Positions 49,539 through 59,933 are shown, counted from the first letter of the stretch. The stretch: 64,000 nt of DNA from an uncultured delta proteobacterium (GCA_963712115.1 CAVQGX010000043.1:64001-128000), one strand, 5' to 3'. Numbers and translations are program-made. Notes: generated by a model not told the origin, from the sequence alone.

Positions 49539-50042
49539 ATGGAAGAGGGGCGAGCCAAGCGTAAGTGCCCGCGAATCCCAGTGTATATGGATGTGCGGGT
49601 TGATCTTAAAGACGGAACCGTAGTGAAGGGGAAGGTCATAAACCTCAGCACCGAAGGTATTTGCATTAAGACGGACGATCCGATTTTCGCCAAAGAAGAG
49701 ATAACAGCAGAGTTTTTACTTCCGGACACCCTCAATTCTGTTCGCTTGGGTGGGGAAGCGGTGTGGTACCGCTTTGATAAAAAAGCTGCAGCAAAACAGG
49801 AGAGGGTTCATTTTTCTGGTGTGAGATTCCTTGACCTAGGAGAAAGTTACAGAAGCTTGATCCGTTACTATACCCTAAAAATGCTCCACGATGCGGAAAT
49901 GGTGCGAGAGCAGGGAATAGAACGAGTGCTAAACGATGTTCTCAACTTACCTTCCAAGGAAAAAAATGATGCTCTTCGTATCCTTCTGCAGAAAGGATTG
50001 ATTACTGAGGAGCGGAAGATGAATCTTAGTCGCTCCCAGTAA
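49539..50042 (+). CDS. PilZ domain protein (putative c-di-GMP receptor)
   Basis: RKCPR (RxxxR), NLSTEG (D/NxSxxG) and GVRF. Confidence 0.85.
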   Translation: MEEGRAKRKCPRIPVYMDVRVDLKDGTVVKGKVINLSTEGICIKTDDPIFAKEEITAEFLLPDTLNSVRLGGEAVWYRFDKKAAAKQERVHFSGVRFLDLGESYRSLIRYYTLKMLHDAEMVREQGIERVLNDVLNLPSKEKNDALRILLQKGLITEERKMNLSRSQ

Positions 50043-50280
50043 CCCACATATGCCCGCGGCAACCTATTGTCACAGCTTTTTATTTAATCCTAGGAAACCT
50101 GGCGCTCTGGGCCAGGTCAGATCGCATAGAGCATGGCGCATAGCGTAAAAAAGAGTAAATGGATATGGTGAACAGTTGCGAAGCCAGCGCATGATCGGTT
50201 TACTGTTCACCAAACGCTTTGCGCTCTGCGCTTAGCGTCGCGGGGATGCCTAGGGACCGGTTTCTCTATTAAAGATATTT

Positions 50281-51030
50281 TTAATTTCTTACCATTATGT
50301 TTTCAACTTCGCTTACTAACTCGGTCACCATTTCACTGGCCTTACCCTGAAGAAAGATATCTGTTAGATACTCGGTGAGTACGGTTGGTTCAACATTAAC
50401 CTCAATGATAGTTGCCCCAGCCCTCTTGGCCGTTTCAGGAATGGTATTTGCGGGAGCCACCTCTCCCGAGGTGCCCACTATCAAAAGGGCTCTGCAGCTT
50501 GAGGCTAGTTCGTAGGACTCCTGCAGGGCCCTTATTGGGATTGGCTCTCCAAAGAACACCACATCTGGTTTGAGGATTTTGCCGCAGCTGCACTTAGGGG
50601 GTATTTGCCCTCCCAGTTCATCTGAGTCGTATCGTTGGTTACACCAAATACAGGCGAGGGTTTTGGCATTACCGTGATATTCGATGACGCGGGTAGCACC
50701 ACCTTCCTGGTGCAGGTAGTCTACGTTTTGGGTGATAATGGTGTGGAGCAATCCCAGCTCCTGAAGCCTGCCCAGACCCTTGTGTGCTGGGTTGGGACGA
50801 GCACTGGCGAGTAAATAAGAGACCTCTTGAAGCATCTGCCATACTTTTTCCGGATTAGCTTGAAACGCTCCAATGGTGCCGTACTCTATGGGGTTGAACC
50901 GCTCCCAAAGTCCACCGGCGCTGCGAAAGTCGGGAATCCCAGATTCAACTGAGATGCCCGCTCCGGTGAGAGCTATGGTCTTTGTGGATTGGCAAATTTC
51001 CCGGGCAGCCTTCTTGACTGTCTCCCCCAT
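50281..51030 (-). CDS. cobB: NAD-dependent protein deacylase (sirtuin)
   Basis: TGAGISVESGIPDFR, TQNVD, HG, CxxC..CxC, KPDVVFFGE and GTS; RBS GGAGG. Confidence 0.93.
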   Translation of the reverse strand: MGETVKKAAREICQSTKTIALTGAGISVESGIPDFRSAGGLWERFNPIEYGTIGAFQANPEKVWQMLQEVSYLLASARPNPAHKGLGRLQELGLLHTIITQNVDYLHQEGGATRVIEYHGNAKTLACIWCNQRYDSDELGGQIPPKCSCGKILKPDVVFFGEPIPIRALQESYELASSCRALLIVGTSGEVAPANTIPETAKRAGATIIEVNVEPTVLTEYLTDIFLQGKASEMVTELVSEVENIMVRN

Positions 51031-51257
51031 TGGCTCCTCCAACTTGAGATCACAATAAACCAAGCAACCTAAGGAGCTTCAACCCAAAAGCTGGATGCGT
51101 GTTGTTAATGATCATTAGATGATTTAGGCTTGAGGTTATCTAATTAGGCAAGCCTGCAATCTTTTGCTTGCGAAATGTTCTAGGCTCCGGTAGGTTACCA
51201 TGGATTCAAAGAAATCGGTTACACAACTTCTCTTCTGCTGGATTTTAGTTCAGCTGT

Positions 51258-52169
51258 TTGAAAGGAAGCAAGATTTTGCCGACCCAAATAGAGAATTGCT
51301 TGGCCTCTGCTCTTGTAGCCGCCAAAAAGGCTGGGGATGAAATACTCGAGGTCTATCACGGTGAAATTGACGTCACATATAAAGAAGATAATTCACCTTT
51401 GACCCTGGCTGACGAAAGGGCTCATCGAACTATCCTCAAAATCCTGTCCTCATTTTCCAAGAATGATATCCCCATTCTTAGTGAAGAAGGCAAAGACATT
51501 CCCTATGAACAAAGGGCGGAGTGGAAATATTTCTGGCTCGTAGATCCTTTGGATGGCACTAAGGAATTTGTAAAACGACGGGACGAATTCACTGTAAATA
51601 TAGCCCTGATTGAGAAAAACAGACCAGTGGTGGGAGTTGTCTTCCTCCCGGCCGTAGGCTCCTTGTATTTCGCTGCGGAGGGGCTGGGTTCCTATAAGTT
51701 GGAAAAGGTCGAAACAGTTGGCCACCTCCTGGATGAGGCAGGGAATTCTTCGGAAAAGGCCTTAGATTTGGGGGTTGTGGTGCAAGGGGCGCTAAGATTA
51801 CCAAGCCGTCAGGCAGTTGGGAGACCCTCAAACCAGATTAATCTAGTTGGCAGTCGATCCCATGGCACAGAAGCTTTGTCTGATTTCGTCGAGAAGATGC
51901 AAGAGAATTACGACAAGGTGGAATTCGTTCCAGCTGGCAGTGCCCTCAAGTTTTGTCTTGTGGCAGAAGGCAAGGCAGATCTGTACCCGAGATTCGGGCC
52001 TACTATGGAGTGGGACACGGCGGCCGGTCATTGCGTGGTGGAACAGAGTGGTGGGGCAGTTGTGCGAATGAGTGAGAAAACCCCCCTTGCTTACAACAAA
52101 AAGGATCTGCATAATCCTCACTTCGTCTGTTTAGGAAAAAGCTTCAAAAACGTTAGCCTACCGCTCTAG
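51258..52169 (+). CDS. cysQ: 3'(2'),5'-bisphosphate nucleotidase
   Basis: SPLTLAD, LSEE, WLVDPLDGTKEF, SRSH, GSALKFC and MEWDTAAG. Confidence 0.93.
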   Translation: MKGSKILPTQIENCLASALVAAKKAGDEILEVYHGEIDVTYKEDNSPLTLADERAHRTILKILSSFSKNDIPILSEEGKDIPYEQRAEWKYFWLVDPLDGTKEFVKRRDEFTVNIALIEKNRPVVGVVFLPAVGSLYFAAEGLGSYKLEKVETVGHLLDEAGNSSEKALDLGVVVQGALRLPSRQAVGRPSNQINLVGSRSHGTEALSDFVEKMQENYDKVEFVPAGSALKFCLVAEGKADLYPRFGPTMEWDTAAGHCVVEQSGGAVVRMSEKTPLAYNKKDLHNPHFVCLGKSFKNVSLPL

Positions 52170-52213
52170 CTCCTGATTATTGCCTATTATCGTTTTTAGG
52201 AGTAGATGAATCT

Positions 52214-52798
52214 ATGCGGCTGAACATGAGATTATTTTTGGCCTTGACCCTGGTAACTCTCATAGCGCTCAGCTGTGCAGGGAGTAAACAGGGAAAGAGC
52301 ACGGGAGATCGACCAAAAAGTGGACCTGTCACCATACCGGACAACATCTCTGCCAGCTTGCTGCCTACCCTCGCGGTAGGCTTGGAATCCTGCTACGTAT
52401 TCCTGCAGCCCGATGGAGACTCGTCTTTCTTTGGCCCTTTGATTGGAGGAGAACTAGTAAAAAGAGTTGATGGTACAAGACTCTGGACCTTGATCTGGAT
52501 CCCGAGGCTGAGGATTTCTGGTTGGGTGCGGGTAAATCAGCTCTATCGTGTCAAAGGAAAAACCTCAGACGAGGATACTGTGCCCACGCAATATCTCACC
52601 ATCCTCAATATCTTAAAGTCAAGGGTAAACATCAGAAAAGGACCCTCTACCAAGAGCAGAATTATCTTCAAGGCTAAACAGCGTCAGGAGTTCGTAATGC
52701 TGGATGAGAGGAGGGGCTGGTACCAAGTGTGGCTACCCCCCCTAAAGCAAAAGGGCTGGGTAGCAGGGAACATAGCGGTGAAGCAGCGCAAAAAATAG
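52214..52798 (+). CDS. Lipoprotein with bacterial SH3 domains
   Basis: Lipobox ALSC; VNIRKGPST...GWYQV...GWV. Confidence 0.78.
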   Translation: MRLNMRLFLALTLVTLIALSCAGSKQGKSTGDRPKSGPVTIPDNISASLLPTLAVGLESCYVFLQPDGDSSFFGPLIGGELVKRVDGTRLWTLIWIPRLRISGWVRVNQLYRVKGKTSDEDTVPTQYLTILNILKSRVNIRKGPSTKSRIIFKAKQRQEFVMLDERRGWYQVWLPPLKQKGWVAGNIAVKQRKK

Positions 52799-52807
52799 AT
52801 AATATAT

Positions 52808-52839
52808 TAGCCCGGATAATTCATGAATTATCCGGGCTA
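52808..52839. repeat. Perfect 32-bp palindrome between convergent genes
   Basis: tagcccggataattca|tgaattatccgggcta. Confidence 0.9.
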
Positions 52840-53286
52840 GGTAATCAGTGTTTCAGCAGTCTCGGCAGTTCTTTGGACAATTTCACTTGCTGTGGCCTTA
52901 TCCCGTTTTACCATGCCTTCTCCCGCCTTGATCTTGATACGGGTTACGCTAGGAGTGATTCTTTTCAGTTCTATGACAATTTCTAAATCCTCTGCCTTGG
53001 CATAGATTTTTTCACCGTTCTCCACCTCTTTTACCTTCTCGACATCAATTACCATTTTGCATAAGGTCACTAGTAGGGCTTTTTTCACCCGATCATAGTC
53101 GTAACAAACAGTCTTAGAGGCAGGTTCTGACGCAAGGTAATCTGCGCCACCGACAACCCCAGATCCCAAAGTGCCTAAAGCTCCTACAGCCGCGGCACAT
53201 CCGCTGAGGGTCAAAAGAAGAAAAAGGCCCATTATCAGGGGCCTAGCTGACTTGTTTTTGTCAATCTTCATAGATAGTTTTTGCAT
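52837..53286 (-). CDS. Lipoprotein (DUF3568-like)
   Basis: Lipobox LSGC, Gly/Ala-rich segment, IELKRITPSVTRIKI..DKATASEI. Confidence 0.7.
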   Translation of the reverse strand: MQKLSMKIDKNKSARPLIMGLFLLLTLSGCAAAVGALGTLGSGVVGGADYLASEPASKTVCYDYDRVKKALLVTLCKMVIDVEKVKEVENGEKIYAKAEDLEIVIELKRITPSVTRIKIKAGEGMVKRDKATASEIVQRTAETAETLIT

Positions 53287-53348
53287 CTGAAGGGCAAGTT
53301 GATCTTGTCCAGGTTGCAGCTCCCTGGGTAATCAGAGTGCAAAACAGC

Positions 53349-53999
53349 TTACCCTTCAAATATATTTTCTAACCGTTCAAGGTCATTGACCACTCGCCAA
53401 GTACCACCGCCGGCCTCAACCCGATTTCTCCAGTCTTCGACCCTTTTATAGTAGTCCCGGGGGTCAACATTGTCGCTGCGCAGTTTTGTGACATTGAGGG
53501 CAACGACATTGCAACCGTCTACCTGTATGGGGAAGTTGCGGACATGGCCTTTGACCAGCTCTTCTTTGAGATCAGAGAAGATAAGTATGTATTTCCGACC
53601 AGCTCCAGCTTCGTTCAAAAATTCCACTGACTGCAGTACCCCACCGGTAATATCCGTGTAAGCACTGCCTTTTGCAGTCTGGACGAAATCATCCACTTTC
53701 TGCTTGAAGAGGCGTTTCTGTTGGTTGGCTACCGATGGGCGCTTGTCAAAAGTCATCTTTGCTACTATGTCCTTTTCGCTGAAGCTACCACTGTCGATAC
53801 GTGCCACCGCCAGGCTGTCTCCAGGTTGCAAAGTCCCTAAAAGGTAGTTGATGATCGCCTCAGCACGCTTGAGCTCCACCTTATAAGTACCAGAGGTGTC
53901 CAGCAGCATGTAGACTCCCCTGGAGTAACTTGTCGTGTCAGGACAGCCCCAAAGCAATGCTGAAAGAATTATCACTAAGGCCAGATATTTCTTCATCAC
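53349..53999 (-). CDS. VWA-domain lipoprotein
   Basis: Lipobox LWGC; MIDAS-like DTSGT, TDI and FSD. Confidence 0.8.
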   Translation of the reverse strand: MMKKYLALVIILSALLWGCPDTTSYSRGVYMLLDTSGTYKVELKRAEAIINYLLGTLQPGDSLAVARIDSGSFSEKDIVAKMTFDKRPSVANQQKRLFKQKVDDFVQTAKGSAYTDITGGVLQSVEFLNEAGAGRKYILIFSDLKEELVKGHVRNFPIQVDGCNVVALNVTKLRSDNVDPRDYYKRVEDWRNRVEAGGGTWRVVNDLERLENIFEG

Positions 54000-55426
54000 G
54001 ATGCCTCCTCCTCGACGATAATCTCAGAATGATGCTGTCTCTTGTCCCTGATCAGATTTTCCACCCACAACGGTGGAAAGATGAACAGGTCGTAGATATT
54101 AACCAGCAATTCACCCAAATAACGGCTGATATTTCCTAGCAGACGGAGGAAAAAGGAAAGCCACCTTAGGACAGCTGTACCGGCAACGCCCAATACAGTA
54201 CGTGTAGAATGAACAAAGGACTCAAGCGGTATGGCAACGAATGTGAGAGCAAAGGGCAAAACAAAGCCCATTACCATCTGTCCAACTGTGGGAATCCAGC
54301 TGTTAACTGCAACACCGGTTGCCTCTACAGCAGCGAGTGATTGCCTCAAAGCCTGCATATCAGCGGCGATCTGGTCCCGCATGTAAGCCAAGGCCGATTC
54401 AACGCTGGCCAGGACAAGAAGAATGCTGAAAGTGATCCAAATCATGCGGGTACGCATCTTGTCATCCATTTGCCCTATGATGGGAAACAATCTGGTGATG
54501 CGGAGTGATTCCATCAAATAGAGGCCCATGGCGACCTCGACTAGAATAATGACCATAGCGGCAACGTTGGCGGTCTTGAAGTTGCCGATGTAACTACCGC
54601 CTCCCACCATCTCCGACATGGGAAGGGCAATAAGGTTAAAGTTAATTACCGCTCCCCCTACGGCGATAAGCAGAACAAAACCGGAGATAAAAAACTGGGT
54701 AAGTGACGAAGCAGTTAGCATCCGTGCCGACTTATCAGTCTTCTCCCGAATCTCTTCATACTCAGCCATGCGGTTGTCAATCACATTGGCTCGTTCGTGT
54801 AGACCGGTTATGGTCTTTCCTACCTGTTCCAGGGTCTGGGCCATCCGGCGCCAATACGGCATCATTTTCTTCAGTAGATTGTGACGCTCAGCCACAGATT
54901 TGCGGTACTCTTCCATGGTGTTCTTGTACTGACCAACGGAGGTCTTGTGTATTTCGTTTAAAATATTGACAACCGTTCCATCACCCTGGGAGGGAAGTTT
55001 GGCAACTGCCTCCATAGCATTTATCCACCCAGGAGGAGGCGGTGGCGTCTCGGAACTATCCCTGTAATCCTCATCTATTTTAGTGGTTTGGTCCGACAGA
55101 GCGCGGTGCAGAGTAGGATAGCCACTAAGGTCTCGCTTTACCACGGAATTGACCCGGTGGAATTCCCGTTCGATCAAACGCTCTACTGATTCGATTCCGG
55201 CACTGAGCAATACTTCCTTGTTGCGCTGCACCAGCTTTTGCTCCGCCAACATAACGGACCGAGACATCAAGCGGAAACCGTTATGGAGAACCCGAGTCAG
55301 GGAGTGTATTGCCCTGTGTGCTGGTGTTCGCGCCAGATAGAGCAGAACCACCATCACCACGATCCATATAAGCATGGAGATGACTGGGGATCCAGGCCAA
55401 ATTATGAGTAATTTCGTCAAGGACAT
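53996..55426 (-). CDS. Multi-pass membrane protein with a long coiled-coil region
   Basis: N-terminal TM, ~200-aa helical region, 4-5 C-terminal TMs; ATG 55426 with RBS AGGAGG; stop overlaps the VWA start. Confidence 0.8.
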   Translation of the reverse strand: MSLTKLLIIWPGSPVISMLIWIVVMVVLLYLARTPAHRAIHSLTRVLHNGFRLMSRSVMLAEQKLVQRNKEVLLSAGIESVERLIEREFHRVNSVVKRDLSGYPTLHRALSDQTTKIDEDYRDSSETPPPPPGWINAMEAVAKLPSQGDGTVVNILNEIHKTSVGQYKNTMEEYRKSVAERHNLLKKMMPYWRRMAQTLEQVGKTITGLHERANVIDNRMAEYEEIREKTDKSARMLTASSLTQFFISGFVLLIAVGGAVINFNLIALPMSEMVGGGSYIGNFKTANVAAMVIILVEVAMGLYLMESLRITRLFPIIGQMDDKMRTRMIWITFSILLVLASVESALAYMRDQIAADMQALRQSLAAVEATGVAVNSWIPTVGQMVMGFVLPFALTFVAIPLESFVHSTRTVLGVAGTAVLRWLSFFLRLLGNISRYLGELLVNIYDLFIFPPLWVENLIRDKRQHHSEIIVEEEAS

Positions 55427-55734
55427 TGGAACCTCCTCCTTTTTTACCGGCACTTTTGCCTTGGCAGCAGACCCGTGGTTCTACCTCTGGTGGGGTAAAA
55501 ATTACCAAGATTCAATAATGGGCCCGCTGAGGTGTTGTGTCTTTTTTTGTACTTTCCCATACACAATTCGACTCAAGATTATTTAGTTTCAGCCAACCTC
55601 TGCCAACGCTGAATTCGTAGGATTTTGGCACCTTTAAATCATTTTTTCTGCACCCATCCGGGCAGCGAAAATTGTTTCTAGCTCCTAGAGTTACTCCCCC
55701 TTGCCAACAAAAAAATTGTTAGGTGGAGAGTGCA

Positions 55735-55749
55735 GCAAGATCTGTACCA
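55735..55749 (-). promoter_or_regulatory. Putative sigma54 (-24/-12) promoter
   Basis: TGGTACAGATCTTGC matches TGGYAC-N5-TTGC with correct spacing. Confidence 0.6.
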
Positions 55750-55973
55750 TCTGTACCAAAGAGATTACGGATTGCGGATTTTAGATTGTGGCCTGAAGTT
55801 TCTTGCTTTCCTAATCTGCAAGAAAGCTTTTCAATCTGTATTGTGCAATCTAAAATCAGCAATCGCTAAGACTCCAGTCGCGCTGGCAGAGCGGTTATAA
55901 TAAGTCGTTGAAATCCAGGCTGGATCTGTCCTATAAAAGGTGAATCTTTGCAGAACATGGGGAGGAATTAGGC

Positions 55974-57683
55974 ATGCCACAGAAAATTGTTGTCATCGGT
56001 GCTGTTGCCCTCGGACCAAAAGCTGCTTGTCGGTTCAAAAGGTTGGAGCCAGATTCCAAGGTGGTAATGGTGGACAAGGATGACATTATCTCTTATGGCG
56101 GTTGCGGTATTCCCTATTTTATTTCTGGTGACGTGAGTGATCCTAGTCAGCTCCAGGAAACGAGCTTCCATATGCTTCGGGATAAGACATTCTTTCAAGA
56201 AGCAAAAGACATCGAGGTTTTGACTAAAACAGAGGCTGTGAAAATTGATCGACAGGAGAAGCATGTCCTGATCAAGAACCTCATCACTCAAGAAGAGAGC
56301 ACCCTGCCCTACGACAAACTGGTGCTTGCCACCGGAAGCCGTCCCAGGCTATTGGATATACCGGGAACCGATCTAGACGGGGTCTTCGCTGTGAGCAACA
56401 TGAATGCGGCCATTGCCATCAAGGATAGAATTTCTTCCGGTCAGGTGGAGAAAGCGCTCATCATTGGTGGAGGGTTCATTGGTCTGGAGATGGCAGAGGC
56501 TTTGACTGATATGTGGGGGATAGAGACTACGGTAGTGGAAATAACCGACCAGCTTCTCCCTGGTTTAATCAGTCGCAACATGGCTCAGATTGTCAAACAT
56601 CACATGGAGGAAAAGGAGGTCTCCTTTCTGCTTGAGCACAGGGTCGAGTGTCTGGAGGGCAATGGCAAAGTTGAACGGGCCGTAACCGCCGAGAAGACCA
56701 TTGAAACGGATATGGTAATCTTGGCTGTGGGAGCTGAACCAAACTCTGATTTGGCCAGGGCAGCCGGGCTGGACATTTCACCTAAGGGAGCCATAGTGGT
56801 GAACAGTAGGATGCAAACTTCCGACCCGGACATATATGCTGGTGGAGACTGTGTAGAAGTTACCAATCTAATAAGCGGCAAGCCGGGTTACTATCCCCTG
56901 GGCTCCATGGCTAATCGTCAGGGACGGATCATAGGAACTAATCTGGCCGGTGGAAATGCAGAATTTCCCGGTGCTGTGGGAAGTTTTGTAGTTAAAGTAT
57001 TCGATCTGTCCGTTGCAGCCGCTGGTTTGAGTATCGAGGCGGCACAGCGGGAAGGTTTCGACGCAGCAAGTGCTCTGGTGATCCAGTTCGATCGAGCCCA
57101 TTTTTACCCCGAGAAAGATTTAATGACCTTGGAGCTAGTAGTAGAAAAAGCTAGCGGAAGGGTTTTGGGGATTCAGGGTGTGGGTCCAATGGGCGAGGGT
57201 ACAGTCGGCCGAATAAATGCGGTGGCGTCAATTCTAAAATACAAACCCACAGCAGAAGATATCGGTAATTTGGAACTGGCCTATTCTCCTCCATTCTCGG
57301 CGGCAATGGATATTGTCAATGCCCTCGGGAATACTGCGGAGAACATTCTGGCAGGAAAGAACAGGGTTGTGGATGTAGACGAATTCGATGAACTCTGGAA
57401 GCAGAAAGAGAGCGGCGATGTGGTCTTTCTGGATTGCAGGGGTTGGGGCAATGCGGAGCCTTTTGTCAATAAATATCCCCACCACTGGAAGAGCCTTCCT
57501 CAGGACGAGCTAAGGGCCAGGATGGCGGAAGTGCCCCGTGATAAAAAGCTCGTGCTAATATGCAACACCGGTGTGCGTTCCTACGAGGCCCAGGTGATCC
57601 TTGACGAGATGGGCATAACGGATAGTTGTAACCTACAAGGGGGAGTGGCGTGCCTGAAGAAGTGGGGACTGGATCTCGCTTAA
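55974..57683 (+). CDS. CoA-disulfide/persulfide reductase-rhodanese fusion (Npsr/CoADR-RHD-like)
   Basis: SYGGCGIPY redox Cys, LATGS, GGGFIGLE, AGGD, LAYSPP; rhodanese CNTGVRS. Confidence 0.87.
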   Translation: MPQKIVVIGAVALGPKAACRFKRLEPDSKVVMVDKDDIISYGGCGIPYFISGDVSDPSQLQETSFHMLRDKTFFQEAKDIEVLTKTEAVKIDRQEKHVLIKNLITQEESTLPYDKLVLATGSRPRLLDIPGTDLDGVFAVSNMNAAIAIKDRISSGQVEKALIIGGGFIGLEMAEALTDMWGIETTVVEITDQLLPGLISRNMAQIVKHHMEEKEVSFLLEHRVECLEGNGKVERAVTAEKTIETDMVILAVGAEPNSDLARAAGLDISPKGAIVVNSRMQTSDPDIYAGGDCVEVTNLISGKPGYYPLGSMANRQGRIIGTNLAGGNAEFPGAVGSFVVKVFDLSVAAAGLSIEAAQREGFDAASALVIQFDRAHFYPEKDLMTLELVVEKASGRVLGIQGVGPMGEGTVGRINAVASILKYKPTAEDIGNLELAYSPPFSAAMDIVNALGNTAENILAGKNRVVDVDEFDELWKQKESGDVVFLDCRGWGNAEPFVNKYPHHWKSLPQDELRARMAEVPRDKKLVLICNTGVRSYEAQVILDEMGITDSCNLQGGVACLKKWGLDLA

Positions 57684-57699
57684 AGCGAGATCGAACGGG

Positions 57700-57892
57700 T
57701 AGCAGGCAGCTGGCAGCAGACAGGGGAGACTAAGCACTAGGCAGTGAACACTAAGCACCAAGTACAAGAACGCATAGCTTGCAGTCAAATCCGAGACAGC
57801 TGAAATCTGGAGTGAGATATGAGATCTGAGATGTGGGATACTAAATCCGAAAATAGCGAACCTCATATCACATATCGCATATCCCACATCTG
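57700..57892. repeat. Composite intergenic 7-bp arrays (GCAGCTG, CACTAAG and GAGATAT palindrome)
   Basis: gagatat-gagatct-gagatgt-gggat facing ctcatat-cacatat-cgcatat-cccacatct. Confidence 0.75.
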
Positions 57893-57937
57893 ATGCTCAG
57901 AATTGGCGATTTGTGAAAGGGAAAAATAATTGTTTGG

Positions 57938-58930
57938 TTGGCAGAAGGAGCATTCGCCATAAAGCGATTGCAGTCGGGAGGGATAATAACAAACTATTAC
58001 TGCACGTCTGCCTGTGGCCACTGTCTCTATAATTGTAGTCCTCGCTGGAAAAGGGAATACATTGGCAGGGAAAAACTGCGGCAGATACTGCAAAAAGTCA
58101 AAAACCTGGGCTGCCACTCGGTTCACATTGGCGGCGGCGAGCCATTTCTGAACTTGGATGGCCTAGAAATGGTTGTGGAAGTGGCTCGCTCCATGTCGGT
58201 TAACCTTGAATACGTAGAGACCAACTCCTCTTGGTTCAGAGGAAGACAACCCGCGCTCGATGTTTTGTCTGCCCTGAAAGGGAAAGGCCTTTCCACCCTC
58301 CTCATATCCATGAGTCCATTCCACAACGAACACATACCTTTTTATAGAGTAAAGGGTGTTATTGAAGCGTGCAAAGAGGTCAAGATAAACGTCTTTCCCT
58401 GGATTTCAGAATTCTATCCGGAGATAGATTCATTTGACGACCAGATTACTCACGCCCTATCCGCCTATGAAAGTAGGTACGGTGAAAACTACCTGGCGAA
58501 AATCCCCTCACGTTACTGGGTCCATTTTGGCGGAAGAGCTCTCAAGACTTTTGCCAGGATCTATGGCACCAAGGACTATAGAGACATTGTCTCCGTGAAC
58601 AAGGGGGGTTGCAGCGAACTGTTGGATGTGAGTCACTTTCACATTGACTTATTTGGCAATTATATTCCTGGACTTTGCTCGGGCCTTGCTATTCGATACG
58701 AGGATCTCGGAGACAGGGTGGCCCGAGAAGAATATCCCTTCCTGACCACTCTTTACCACTATGGCATTAAGGGATTTTTGGATCTAGCAGCCAATGATTA
58801 CGGTTTTAAGCCCTCACGAGAATACTTGTCCAAATGTGATCTCTGTTTTGACATCAGGCACTATCTCACCATGGAAATGGGGGTTAATTCAAAAGAACTG
58901 CAACCCAGGGGTTATTACCAAAATTCTTAG
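57938..58930 (+). CDS. Radical SAM protein
   Basis: CTSACGHC (CxxxCxxC), GGGEPF, ETN and C-terminal CDLC. Confidence 0.88.
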   Translation: MAEGAFAIKRLQSGGIITNYYCTSACGHCLYNCSPRWKREYIGREKLRQILQKVKNLGCHSVHIGGGEPFLNLDGLEMVVEVARSMSVNLEYVETNSSWFRGRQPALDVLSALKGKGLSTLLISMSPFHNEHIPFYRVKGVIEACKEVKINVFPWISEFYPEIDSFDDQITHALSAYESRYGENYLAKIPSRYWVHFGGRALKTFARIYGTKDYRDIVSVNKGGCSELLDVSHFHIDLFGNYIPGLCSGLAIRYEDLGDRVAREEYPFLTTLYHYGIKGFLDLAANDYGFKPSREYLSKCDLCFDIRHYLTMEMGVNSKELQPRGYYQNS

Positions 58931-59210
58931 ATAGACTTACGCAACCTGCCTCAGACTCCACTGTACAAAGGTTCAAAAAACCCATCAAACACATAACCTT
59001 CATACCCCCTCATGCCATTAAACCAACTTTCCAATATTGCCATGCTTTCTCCTGTCTCCTGAATTCTGACTCCTGACTTTTGTTTTTGGCTCTTTGACCA
59101 AGTTGATTTCCGGATTTGGCCAGATTTAGTCATTTGGCAAGATTCACCATGGGTGAGTGGTTGATATTAAATATTTGATTTTATTAATTTAAGTGTATTT
59201 TTACAGTTCT

Positions 59211-59329
59211 TGGCATCTTTTCTGCCTATGTTAACAAGGCAGACTCCAAAACTCCTTTTCTTGCTCAACTCTTTATGGCCCTTGCCCCCATCAGAATCGG
59301 GCGCGATATCTGGCGGGGGCTTCCTTTTT
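59211..59329 (+). ncRNA. Candidate sigma54-dependent small RNA (span includes the promoter)
   Basis: TGGCATCTTTTCTGC at 59211-59225, CU-rich segment, then hairpin 59284-59320 plus U-tract; no credible ORF. Confidence 0.45.
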
Positions 59330-59366
59330 CAATTTAATCAAAAATGGTCAGTACCCCAATCTACAA

Positions 59367-59620
59367 TCACTCCCCTTCTCCCCATGCCTTCCGACTGCGC
59401 TCTATCTTTTTCCGCACTGTGGCCCAGGTTTTGGTGGTAAGGAAGGACTCCGGCCAGCGGTTCACCATTCGTTTAAACATTTCAAAGGGAACGGTAAAGG
59501 TAATTTCGTCGGTCTTGAGAAATTTTCGATCAGACGAATCCCAGCCGCCTAGGACCGCCTTGAGCCTTCCTTGATCGAGATATCGCAGGGGCCAGGTGAC
59601 GATATTGGAACAGCCGGCAT
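59367..59620 (-). pseudogene. C-terminal remnant of a DUF169-like gene
   Basis: AGCSNIVTWP...AVLGGWDSSDRKFLKTDEITFTVP resembles a DUF169 C-terminus; upstream sequence unrelated. Confidence 0.55.
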
Positions 59621-59933
59621 CATTTCTAAAGGCCGCTAATTCCCCCTGAATCCCCCTCACGCAATTCAGGGTAGCGTGATATACTCCAGCGGGAAGATGG
59701 AATAAACTAAATTTGCCTCTGCCTCCCCAATTTGCCATTTCCTAGCTCAGATCGCAAGGTAACGGTACGATGAATTAGAGAATTAGTTAAATAGTCAAGT
59801 GGTTAACGGTTTACCGCTCACCGCTTACTGCTCACTTTTTACCTTTCATCCTCTAGCCAGAACAACCTATAACAAATTGACTAATTAACTAATCAACCAA
59901 TTGACGCTATGCGCTTTACGCAAAGGAGAGACC

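Noticed and set aside
32737-51030. Sirtuin, ADP-ribosylglycohydrolase and TatD as an anti-phage or ADP-ribosylation system
   Set aside because: Genes are scattered over 18 kb and each looks like the ordinary housekeeping form
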